Assembly (NCBI GenBank): GCA_963693365.1
Contig: CAVNZM010000005.1
Location: 11,927,728 to 11,991,727, forward strand
Length of the DNA: 64,000 nt
Direction: 5' to 3'
Source: Amoebidium appalachense
Lineage: Eukaryota > Protista > Ichthyosporea
A model generated the notes under the pieces. It made no database searches. It was not told the origin of the DNA and saw only the letters and a program-made list of their open reading frames with translations. The translations under genes were made by a program, and so were the position numbers. Shown here one piece after another: positions 45,057 to 64,000 of this stretch. The stretch's first letter is position 1. Every line of letters starts with the position of its first letter.

Positions 45057-45705
45057 CTGGGGGCGGGATATCCCAAAGCTCTGGATCCGGGGTGGAGTCA
45101 ATTGTAGTGATACCGGCATTCGGTCACACAGTCACACACACATCGAGGAAGCATGAAAGTTAAGTGTCCATATGTCACATGTGACATAGTGTGTTAGGTG
45201 TTCGCATGCCTAGCCCTTAACATGCTTTTAGCGTGGCCTCGGAAATCACGCGAGCCTTTCCCCTTTGACACGTGTGCATGTGATTCGGGTACGTTAGCCC
45301 ACCGAGCAGGCCACCGCGGCCGTCTTCCGTGTTTTGAAAGGTCACTGGTCAACTTCCTAAGTTTCATCTACTACTGATTTTAGCCAAGACTTAGTGTAGT
45401 ACATGCGTATGTTCCTTCATTACCACACTGCAGTGCGTGCCACTGCAGGCACGTATTAACATAAGTTAAACATTTAAACATAAACAGACCAGGACACATG
45501 CAAAATGAAATGTTCACACTGAATGTGCAAGGGCAAGCTGGAATGTTGCAAATTCTTGCTGACGGGACGACAGTCTCAGGGAGTCCCTCACTGCCCCCTA
45601 TCGTGTTAGAAAACTTGTGATCGTGTGACTGTCACACCTGCCAAGAAAGAGCTTAACAAACATGTGACAGGTCTTATATGCCTAGGGACAGGATTAGGGT
45701 GGGGG

Positions 45706-45795
45706 TATAAAACGTTGCCATTGTCCGAAGGAAATCAGTCTGCAACTCTCCTCTCATCCTTTCAGGGCTTGTTTTGGCAGAGCATTTTCATCCGG
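45706..45795 (+). promoter_or_regulatory. Probable PDC core promoter and non-coding first exon
   Basis: TATAAAA at 45706, Inr-like TCAGTC at 45735 (A at 45737, 31 nt downstream), donor CCG|GTGAGC at 45795, acceptor GGCAG| at about 46491 just before the ATG. Confidence 0.5.
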
Positions 45796-46182
45796 TGAGC
45801 ATTCCTGTTTAAACTTGAGGGGAGGGAGAGAGAGAGAGAGAGAGAGATGAAGAGAGGCATTTCTGCTTAAACTTGGAGTAACATGCATCCCTCGGCCTTT
45901 CTGTTCTCATTGTGGTTACTCTCAGTTTGTGCCTCTGTAACTTCTGGATTGGATGAAGTTTCGTTTTGCCAAGTGTTAACTAAACATCCTTTGTGTTTTG
46001 TCCTTTTTTTCTCTGGACCTGTGGGTGTGAAGTTCTTCGGTATGTTGTTCTACTTGGCAAACAAAGAAGCCCAACACGTCTTACATTTCAAAAACACAAA
46101 CCCCCTCGGTTCTTGAATTGGTTTGACAGCCAGATTCCTAGAAGTTGTGCACGTGTGTGTGGGTGCACGTATTTTTTTATTG

Positions 46183-46242
<60 letters not shown>

Positions 46243-46314
46243 ATTTTCACTGCAAGTGTGCCTGGTCGCACGGCCTTGCATGGGTTTCAACTTGGGTATT
46301 TACTGGTGTTTTTC

Positions 46315-46377
<63 letters not shown>

Positions 46378-46506
46378 GGCGGAGATCTCAAGCGGGGGCT
46401 CGTAGCCTATTTAAGCTGACACGATGTAAATTCTTGAAGAGAAAGTAACTTGGTAGAGAGAGTGCTCACACGTGATTTCCAAATATGGCAGGTGCACGTG
46501 ATCACG

Positions 46507-56109
<9,603 letters not shown>

Positions 56110-57119
56110 CTATCTGCACGCAAAAGAATTTTTACACTGCTCTGGAATGTGTGTACACGTGCACGAGGGAATGTGGTAAAGGGGGCAAAATGCTGGCATG
56201 TGAGTGTAAATGAGAGGGTGAGGCCTCTGGTGACGTGGGTGTTTTTGCATTTTCTTTTTTCTGTTTCGTTTTTCATTTTGGCGTTTGTGGTGATGGCGGT
56301 TTACCTTTTGGTGAAAGTTGTTGCATCGAAGAGATAGATTTGCAGCCTTTCTTGTCTCACGAGTTTGGCTTTGGTGTGTAAGTTTTCAGGGTGTATCGGA
56401 TACACAAGGCACTTGTTAGGTGGTGGGAATCTGGGAACAGTAAGCTATTAACTTGAATTTCCTATTGGTGGTATACCTTTTTTTACTATTATAGATCATG
56501 AACTTTGATGTGAAAAAGCACACCAGACATATGAAGATTTGGAAGCCCGATTTTGTTACTCCCTCAGCACATGTGAATATTTTCAACTTGGGTGTCTTGA
56601 ATCTGTACCCTAAAGTTTCGGAGGCATTCGTTATTGAATAAAACAAGGACCTGCTTTGTACTTCCTTGCCATCCATCCCTCCTCCCCCCCCCCCCCCCCC
56701 CTTCCCCCTCCCCCCCCTCCCCCCCCCCCCCCCCCCCTCCTCCCCACCCCCCTTCCCACCCACCAGGAGCTCCCATACACACGTTCCTTCTGCCCCTATG
56801 CATGTACATCCGGGTCGGGAAAAAAGGGGAAGAAAACCTTCAATCATCTCCAAAAGAAACGCGGCCAGCAGGATACATGACTTCAACTACTTTCATAGTC
56901 TTGTGTTCCTTGGAAAAAAAGTGCTTACGTTCATGTGTTGGTTTGTCCCTCAGCCTGCCCGCCTACTCCATAACACCTCGGCCACACAGGTGACTACTAT
57001 TTTTATCCCCCCCTCCCCCCAAACCTCCTCCCTCCCCGCCAAACACCCCCATTCCAAGTCTCTTTCCCAGGTTCCAGCTTGCAACTCTCAACCCAGCCAG
57101 CATACACCGCTTTCCCTGA

Positions 57120-57177
<58 letters not shown>

Positions 57178-57657
57178 CCTCCTCCCCCTCTCCACCCCCT
57201 CTCACCCTCTTTTCAAAAAGAAAACTTTTCCTACAGTTGGATGCCCCCTTCCCCCTGCCCCCTTCCCCCCCCCCCCCCCCCTCCCCCTCTACCCCCCATC
57301 CCCCCCACCCGCCACTCCTCAGCACATTGTCAACCATTCAAGCATTCATACACTACTCACTCTTATTATTGGAGGTAGGGACACCATATATACAGAAGTC
57401 CAATGTGCTGTCGCCTCTATCTCTACATACTAGCCTTATTCCTGGAGAGTGTAAACTTTCATATGAATTCGATGGCATTTTAAGTATGATTATGGCCTCA
57501 TGGCATGGTGGATGGCCAGGGCGACAGGCCAGCGAGTGACTTATGTAGTGTGCTTGTGAATAAGGTAAACACAGATTTTATTGCCTTGCCGGCCAACTCT
57601 TGTTTGATGTTCCAGTTGGCACGTATATAACCACCTTCAACATGTATAGTACGTGAA

Positions 57658-57694
<37 letters not shown>

Positions 57695-59555
57695 CCTCCC
57701 CTCCCCCCGGCCCCAAAGCTCCCCATGTGAATGACATCTCCACCTCCCCACCCTCCTGCCCCCACCCTTCCCCAGCATCCCCCCTCCCAGCTCCCTTCCT
57801 CCCCCCTCCCTCCCCACCTGCATCCTCCTACCAACACCCACAGACGCACGCACACACACACACACACACACACAGACACACACAGACACAGACACACACA
57901 CTCCCAAGACACAAGTAGGACCACAGGATGAGAATGACCACAGAAAACAGCACATAGGGCACACGCAAAACACGGAGGAAACTGCCACCCCTTCATACCC
58001 CCGGTCTTTTAAGCCTCTATACGGGTGATTTTCGGATTGAGCTTGTCATCTGGTCTTCCACGCATGATCCCCAACAATCACTCCATTGACTGCACCGTGG
58101 GACACGCATGAACCGCAATCGTGAGCCCTACAGACATATACTGAACATGCCGAGCAAGGAGAAAAAGGTCATTTAGATGGGTCTATCTTTTTTTCTGCTC
58201 AATGATTATGGTAGGTTTACCTGAGTTTGGCCCATAATGGCATCGTGGGTCATTCCATCTGCCCATCAGAAAACAGGGAGCTGGGGTGCACTTGTGCGTG
58301 TGCATGTGTGTGATGCCTCAAGCAGGTTGTGCACGCGTGGGTGCACGTGCAACGTGGATGTGTATGCATACACGTGTGTGTAAATTGCATGATGCTTGAT
58401 TTGGCACGTGTACTTTTAGTCATGTGCGCATGCCATCATGAGGACAGGAGCTCAGATCTGTTGTTCTTAGATGATGCAAACAAAAACACACGGACAAAGC
58501 AAGTGCCGTGCTATTTGCACATGCAGGCAGTATCAGGCACACACGTGACACAGGCCTACATACGCACGTGCACACACGCGTGCACAGTGCACACCCACGC
58601 ACGTGCACACACAACACCATCACGTGATTCACAGCACAAGTGCGCATGTATGCGCATATGGCGCCGGCAGCAATGCGTGATGAGCGGCACGCAGTGTTTA
58701 CATCACACGGCAGTGACGGCACACATCTGTATCAGTGAGTCTGAGGAATGTACGCACCAAAATTCGATTCGTTCGTAGGGAATGGACCAAAAAAGATTGC
58801 TATGGGGCGTATCAACTCTAGCAAAATTGTGTTATGTTCAATAAAAGCTAGATGCTTTCTTTAAGACGTGATTTTTTTTGGGTATAAGAGAGCTAATATA
58901 AAGAATAAAAGTTATATTAAACACATATATAGGTTTTAATTGTAGCTATACACTAAACTTTTTGAAACTAATTTTACATGCGTTCAGTACTTATGGAAAT
59001 CAAACAGGGCAGGAAATTACACTGTTTTCGGAAATAGATATACCGTTAATTTTCAGAAAGTACCAGTAAAGCCTGGGACTTCTTTCCACCTGCGTTGGAG
59101 GTTGGGAAAGTTAATAAAAGGAAGTGTGCCCCTTCCCTGCCCCCCCCCCCCCCCCCCCCCTCCCCCCCCCTCCCCCCCCCCCCCCCCCCCCCCCCCTTTT
59201 CTTTGAACCGCCCAAAGCTGGAACTCTGGGTTTTTTCCTGGGAAAACACTGGAACTTGCAAAAACGCAAAAAGTTATCTCAATACCGCAGTACTAGCGTA
59301 CTCTCATGACCAGTCCATTGCCGGCTAAGGCAAATGGAAAATGGAGGTTGTGTTATCCTCTCAATATCAAATTTAGTGTGCTTTCTGGGCCTGTTGTATT
59401 TTGTTTTGCATTCACTCTACAAATTTTCAGAGATATATAGTTCAACAGACGCCGCCAGCTAATATTAGTGAGGCTCGAAAGGAGCAGCCAACGTAGTTAT
59501 AATGGACACATGATTGTTGGGAATAAATTAGAGGAGGCAAGATTATGATAATGCC

Positions 59556-59728
59556 AATGTCTGAATTGATTGGACAATTCCATTTATTAACTTATTCTTC
59601 GGCCGTCTGATTGGGCCACAATGGTTATGTGGCCAATCAGCGGCCTGGTAGAGGAGGCTTATGGGTATATAAGCCGACCTTAGATCGGTCGTCTATTAGC
59701 ATATTCCCCGTCGCCTCCTCTCTCATCG
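59556..59728 (+). repeat. Left terminal direct repeat (173 bp) with CCAAT boxes, hairpin and TATA-like motif
   Basis: AATGTCTGAATTGATTGG...CTCTCTCATCG, same as 62034-62206; inverted repeat CTGATTGGGCCACA...TGTGGCCAATCAG; TATATAAG at about 59666. Confidence 0.95.
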
Positions 59729-59793
59729 GAGGCAACGTTGGTGAGGCTCGTTCACGCTTTGTTTAGGGTAGGTCACCCTTTTAGAACTTCGCC

Positions 59794-60513
59794 ATGAACG
59801 TCATTTTCGAGCAATATTCCGCCGAAGCGCGCACCCCCGTCACTGGGGATTCGGACACCCGCGAGTCACGCCCGCAGCGCCTTCGGCAGACCTGGGGGAT
59901 GCCGGACTGCCCGTTGCTCAAGTTCCCTAGACATGCCTTTGCCGAGCGGCACCCCACTCTGGCACCCACCTTACCATGGGTGACGGAGTACCCTATGCCC
60001 AACGGTCCCCGACGCATCCCAGCCGACCTACTGCCCTGGATCCCTTCCGAGGCCAACAAGCACGTGCTCGAGGAGAACGGGGTTACCATCGGGGCACTCT
60101 GCAGCCTCATCGATGCAATGCACAACGACTGCGCGTTCCAGCGTCGGCAGTTCCCCGGTGAAAACGGCGCCCCAGTGCCTGAACCCGCGGAGCAGTTCTA
60201 CCAACGACGCATTGCAGAGCTCAAGGGTGCAATCGCCGATGTCGCTGTGTTCCTCTCCGACCGTGTGCACTACCAGTATCTCCGCGCCACAGAGGGTGCT
60301 GCCTTTGCCGAGCTGGCCCGCGCCCACATGGAGCGGGAGTACTACCCTGTTCTTTCTGAACGCTGGGGTCGCGCAATGGGCGACGCAAGGAAGAAAGAGG
60401 CAGAGGTCAACCTCGCTACGCGCACCGCCCGTGCGGGCAACCAAAATGACAACAAGATCGTGGTGAAGTCCAACACCGGCGCCAGCAGTGGGTCTGGCGC
60501 CGGCCGCAACTAA
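59794..60513 (+). CDS. ORF1 of the YR element, 239 aa, unknown function (Gag-like by position)
   Basis: GCCATG start about 65 nt after the left repeat, intact high-complexity ORF with helical C-terminal half; no domain I can recognise. Confidence 0.75.
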   Translation: MNVIFEQYSAEARTPVTGDSDTRESRPQRLRQTWGMPDCPLLKFPRHAFAERHPTLAPTLPWVTEYPMPNGPRRIPADLLPWIPSEANKHVLEENGVTIGALCSLIDAMHNDCAFQRRQFPGENGAPVPEPAEQFYQRRIAELKGAIADVAVFLSDRVHYQYLRATEGAAFAELARAHMEREYYPVLSERWGRAMGDARKKEAEVNLATRTARAGNQNDNKIVVKSNTGASSGSGAGRN

Positions 60514-60591
60514 GTTTGCGGTTTCCGGCCCCTGTCGCGTAGGCAGCGGGAGGGCCTTACAAGGGGGCGTCAAGGGTGGGTGTCCACCCCA

Positions 60592-61902
60592 ATGTCACGG
60601 TGTGCTAGTTGGGTATTCAACTTGTACCCGGGGCCGGCGTCTACCGGCCCCGCCCCGGTGCCAGCTCCCGCCGAGCCGGCTCCCCCCGCAAGTGGTGGCG
60701 ACATGCTTCCCCCCGCGCCTCAACCACCACCACTGGCAGCTCCCGCGGGCGTTCCCATCGGCGACCCTCCCTGGGAAGGGGGCCCAGCCCCCCTCCCCTT
60801 GGGACCACAGCCTGAGCCTCAAAGGCCCCCTTCCCCCGTGCAGCCGCCCCAGCAAGCTCCCCGGCCACCAGACCCCCCTGCCACCGTGGGGGTGTTTAGC
60901 GAGTGGCGTGCGGCGGTAATTTTTTCGTCACTGCCTCGTAACCTGCGCCCCACTGGCCAGCAGCTGGTGGAGCAGCTCCTCAGTGCAAACACGTGGCGCG
61001 CATATCAAGCCGACGTAACCCAGTACCTCAACTTTTGCGCCACCCACGAGTTTGCAGCCTGGCCCCTTACCGAACACGTAGCTTTGGCTTATGCGGCTCA
61101 CCTGCTAGCACGCCCGTACCACCCCAGCACGTTAGACTGCAAGTTTGCCGCCCTGCGCCAGGTACACCTGCTGTGGCACATTCCCTATTTGGACCAGGCC
61201 ATCCTTGCAACCATCAAGAAGTCTTACGGCAGGGCCCACCAGACCACCACCGCCACCCCGCCCGACCCAGAACGGTTTGACGCGCCCTGGGTCACCGGCC
61301 TGCTCATCGCACAGCTGGGCCGGCAGGACCCCGACGGTGACCGCTGGCTAGCGGGGGTGCTGTTGAGCTACCTGTTTGGCCTCCGGTGGAGCACCGCTGC
61401 TGCAGTACAGGTGGGGGACCTGACCTGGGGGGACCCCACCCCCACTGGAGCCCGACGCCTCCACCTGACCTTTCGAACCATCAAGCAGGCAGCTGGCAAG
61501 CAGATTCGGCCCCCTGTGCGCCACCGCATGGTTCCCCCCATGTGCGCACAGCTGTTAATGCGCGCCTGCGCGCACGGCCGGCAGCCCACCAGCCCCCTCC
61601 TGCCGTGCCCCAACGCTACCAAGGCCGTCAGCTGCCAGGGCTGCGCAGCGCGGTGCAGGCCCTCGGCGTGCTTCCCGCCCTGGCTACCGGCATCACCTGG
61701 CACTGCCTCCGTCACGGCATGGTCGGCGCTGCTCGTGCAATCGGCATCCCCTTTGCAGTCATCAAGCAGGTGGCACCTGGGGGTGTGGGACCTCACCGGC
61801 CAAGCCCCTGAGGACAACTACGGGTTGGGCCACTGCCCTACCCCCGATGACCACGAGTACTTCAGCGACCTGCGCGAGTTGGACCCTGTGCGACTGTCGT
61901 AA
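60592..61902 (+). pseudogene. Tyrosine recombinase (DIRS/Ngaro type) with two compensating frameshifts
   Basis: Core-binding region LSANTWRAYQADVTQYLNFC...WPLT...ALAYAAHL...PSTLDCKFAALR; catalytic R in LLSYLFGLRWST (61384); K in FRTIKQ; HxxR motif ITWHCLRHG (61701-61718) lies in a different frame; LGVW and putative catalytic Y (61819) are back in the first frame. Confidence 0.8.
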
Positions 61903-62033
61903 ACTGTGCTCGAAAATGTACTGTATATTATGTAAAGTGTGGTGAATTTTGATCGACACTAATCTAGTGGGTTTTAGTTGTCGTTGCAGAGCAAAAATTC
62001 GTATAGTGGACGTAGGTAGCAGTATAAGTTATA

Positions 62034-62206
62034 AATGTCTGAATTGATTGGACAATTCCATTTATTAACTTATTCTTCGGCCGTCTGATTGGGCCACAAT
62101 GGTTATGTGGCCAATCAGCGGCCTGGTAGAGGAGGCTTATGGGTATATAAGCCGACCTTAGATCGGTCGTCTATTAGCATATTCCCCGTCGCCTCCTCTC
62201 TCATCG
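62034..62206 (+). repeat. Right terminal direct repeat (173 bp)
   Basis: Copy of 59556-59728; no mismatch seen by eye. Confidence 0.95.
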
Positions 62207-62273
62207 CCCACCCTCCCGCCCGCACATATTTTCTTTCCCCGTCGCAGCTTTCAAGCTTAATTCGACACACCGT

Positions 62274-62309
<36 letters not shown>

Positions 62310-62348
62310 CACACAGACACACAGACACACACACACACACACACACTG

Positions 62349-62389
<41 letters not shown>

Positions 62390-63623
62390 ACACACACACA
62401 TGTGCGCACGTGCACACCACACACACGCTTGCGCGCGCGGACGCACACAACATAGATATCTGCACACGGGCATCGGGGGGGGGGGGGGGGGGGGGGTTAT
62501 GTGTGTGTGTGTCTGGGGGTATGTGCTCCCTCGGTAGCAGTAGCTTCTAGTGGATCCGGTCCAGTCACTGGGCAAGTAAGGTCAACTTTTGGAAGGTGTG
62601 ACGTCATGGCATTCCACAGTTTTATGGGCTTTCCTGACATATACTAATCCGTCTCAGCAGATTAGCCTAAGTCTACGATCGAGATCGGGGGGGGGGGGGG
62701 GGGGGGGGGGTGGCCCGGGTCCACAGATCATCAAGATCAAGTCCGGGGCCTCAAGATAGCTGTACAGCTGCGTGCATCTTGCCTCTGCCGGCGCAGGGCA
62801 TTGGACCACGTCAGCCGGGACAGCCGTCCAATAGAATTCTAATTAGTGTGTAGGATAGATCGTAGGAGGACTTAGGAATGTCATTGTTCGGGCAGAAGCC
62901 CTTTTGTAAGGATTGGCAAGGTTTGATAGTATATGTTGCCAAACGTATTTATATATTTAGATGTAGAGGAAAGGGGGGGAGGGAGGGGGGGGGAGGATAG
63001 TATGAAATGTAGATTTAGACTCTGCGGTGCCACTAGGGGGAGGGTGAGGGGTGAGACTTGGATAAATATATTAGTTGAGTAGATCGACTTAGCTCGTGCA
63101 GGCGCACGATAAAAGTAGATCGGAATGTTAATGGAATGTGGCATCGTAGGGGGCCAGGTGATGATGATCTTGTAGGGCACGGCCTTGATGGCCTCAGTCG
63201 TAACTTAGACTCAATCCGTACGGATCTAAGTTTGCCCGTCGGAGCCTGGTCTTAATAAACTTTACCGTTTTTCTGTACACGTTCGTTCCTTTTCGTGTGT
63301 GTACACTTAGTAGAGTGCCGCGTCTCTAGTACACATACATTAGGATACGACATTTCCTCTACTTGAGCCGATGCAATCGACGTCACGGTGCGGTAACCAA
63401 TCATAGCGCTCGATGGTTTTAACATTCTATCATATGATTGGCTATCTCATGCTTTGCCCACGCTCCTGGGCCCGGATGCAGCCGGGGTCAGGGTACGTCC
63501 GGGTGCGTCCATGGGCATGCGGGAGTTCTTGGGTTATGATAGATCCTGTCGATACAGTGGAAAGCCTAAAGCTGTGCGTGACCTACCCATTTAACAGCGT
63601 TCTTACACTGGGAACACAAATCA

Positions 63624-63725
63624 AAAAACGCGGGGTTGCCCTATATTGGGAATTAAAAAATAAGTAAAACTTAATATAAACGTATTTGTTGCCGGAGTGT
63701 CAAGGTAGGGCACCCCCGCGTTTTT
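63624..63725. repeat. Short inverted-repeat element (21-bp arms), possible MITE fragment
   Basis: AAAAACGCGGGGTTGCCCTAT ... GTAGGGCACCCCCGCGTTTTT (19/21 complementary) around an AT-rich spacer. Confidence 0.55.
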
Positions 63726-64000
63726 CCTGTATTGTTGATAATGCTTATATATAAGAGTGCAGTGATTGGCCGGATTCCGTGAAAGGACTTTTGCCCTCAG
63801 CCTCCATTCCAAGGCGAATTTTCGATCCGGGGACATCTATCTAACAACCAAGATGACGACATCTGGTTGGCTGAGAACCATGTCACTGTTTTACATTTCT
63901 CTTTATCCCGCTCTTAGCGCACTAGTTTCCGAACGATGCCCAAAAAATGCACAAAAATACCGAAACTCGTTTCATTATAATAATTAATAGGGGGGTTGCG

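Larger units (their letters stand above)
59556..62206 (+). mobile_element. Tyrosine-recombinase element with 173-bp terminal direct repeats (DIRS/Ngaro-like YR, no RT/RNase H)
   Basis: Direct repeats 59556-59728 and 62034-62206 are identical by eye; the interior is GC-rich, intronless and free of microsatellites, unlike the host DNA; encodes ORF1 and a YR. Confidence 0.85.

Noticed and set aside
58040-58127. AHDCG motif suggesting a fatty-acid desaturase His box
   Set aside because: The second His is missing, a stop follows, and no other His boxes are present.
59558-62203. Classical LTR retrotransposon (a TG...CA stretch lies inside the direct repeats)
   Set aside because: Repeat identity extends beyond TG and CA, there is no 4-6-bp TSD, no evident PBS or PPT, and no protease, RT or DDE integrase; the enzyme is a tyrosine recombinase.
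62700-63210. Short minus-strand ORFs right of the YR element as a displaced RT or other element gene
   Set aside because: No recognisable motifs; low complexity and frequent stops.

Overview
Eukaryotic nuclear DNA from a very intron-rich genome. Introns are packed with long poly-G/poly-C runs, C(n)A(n) compound runs and (CA)/(GT)/(CT)/(GCAC) microsatellites, so most ORFs in the supplied track are repeat artefacts. Splicing by hand at GT-AG sites with phase checks gives five host genes: (1) a large minus-strand chromatin protein with MYND finger, DDT, PHD finger and WHIM1-like segment (about 214-17853, both ends incomplete); (2) a minus-strand single-pass membrane protein of unknown function (22117-27997); (3) a minus-strand membrane-anchored protein with a Cys-rich repeat and GGA/FxxN beta-helix repeats (30126-32793); (4) a plus-strand WD40/DUF2415-type protein (33599-43928); (5) a plus-strand pyruvate decarboxylase (46507-56109). 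Mobile DNA includes two TTAA-flanked Kolobok-like MITEs, one Harbinger/Tourist-like MITE, and a 2.65-kb GC-rich intronless element with identical 173-bp terminal direct repeats that encodes an unknown ORF1 plus a DIRS/Ngaro-type tyrosine recombinase but no reverse transcriptase. The two most interesting signals are that RT-less recombinase element and a previously unannotated family of roughly 50-150-nt U-rich modules found in introns of at least three genes, always in the sense orientation of the host gene. Several tandem duplications also straddle exon-intron junctions. The organism cannot be identified from the sequence; a non-metazoan, intron-rich eukaryote is an inference. All alignments were done by eye.
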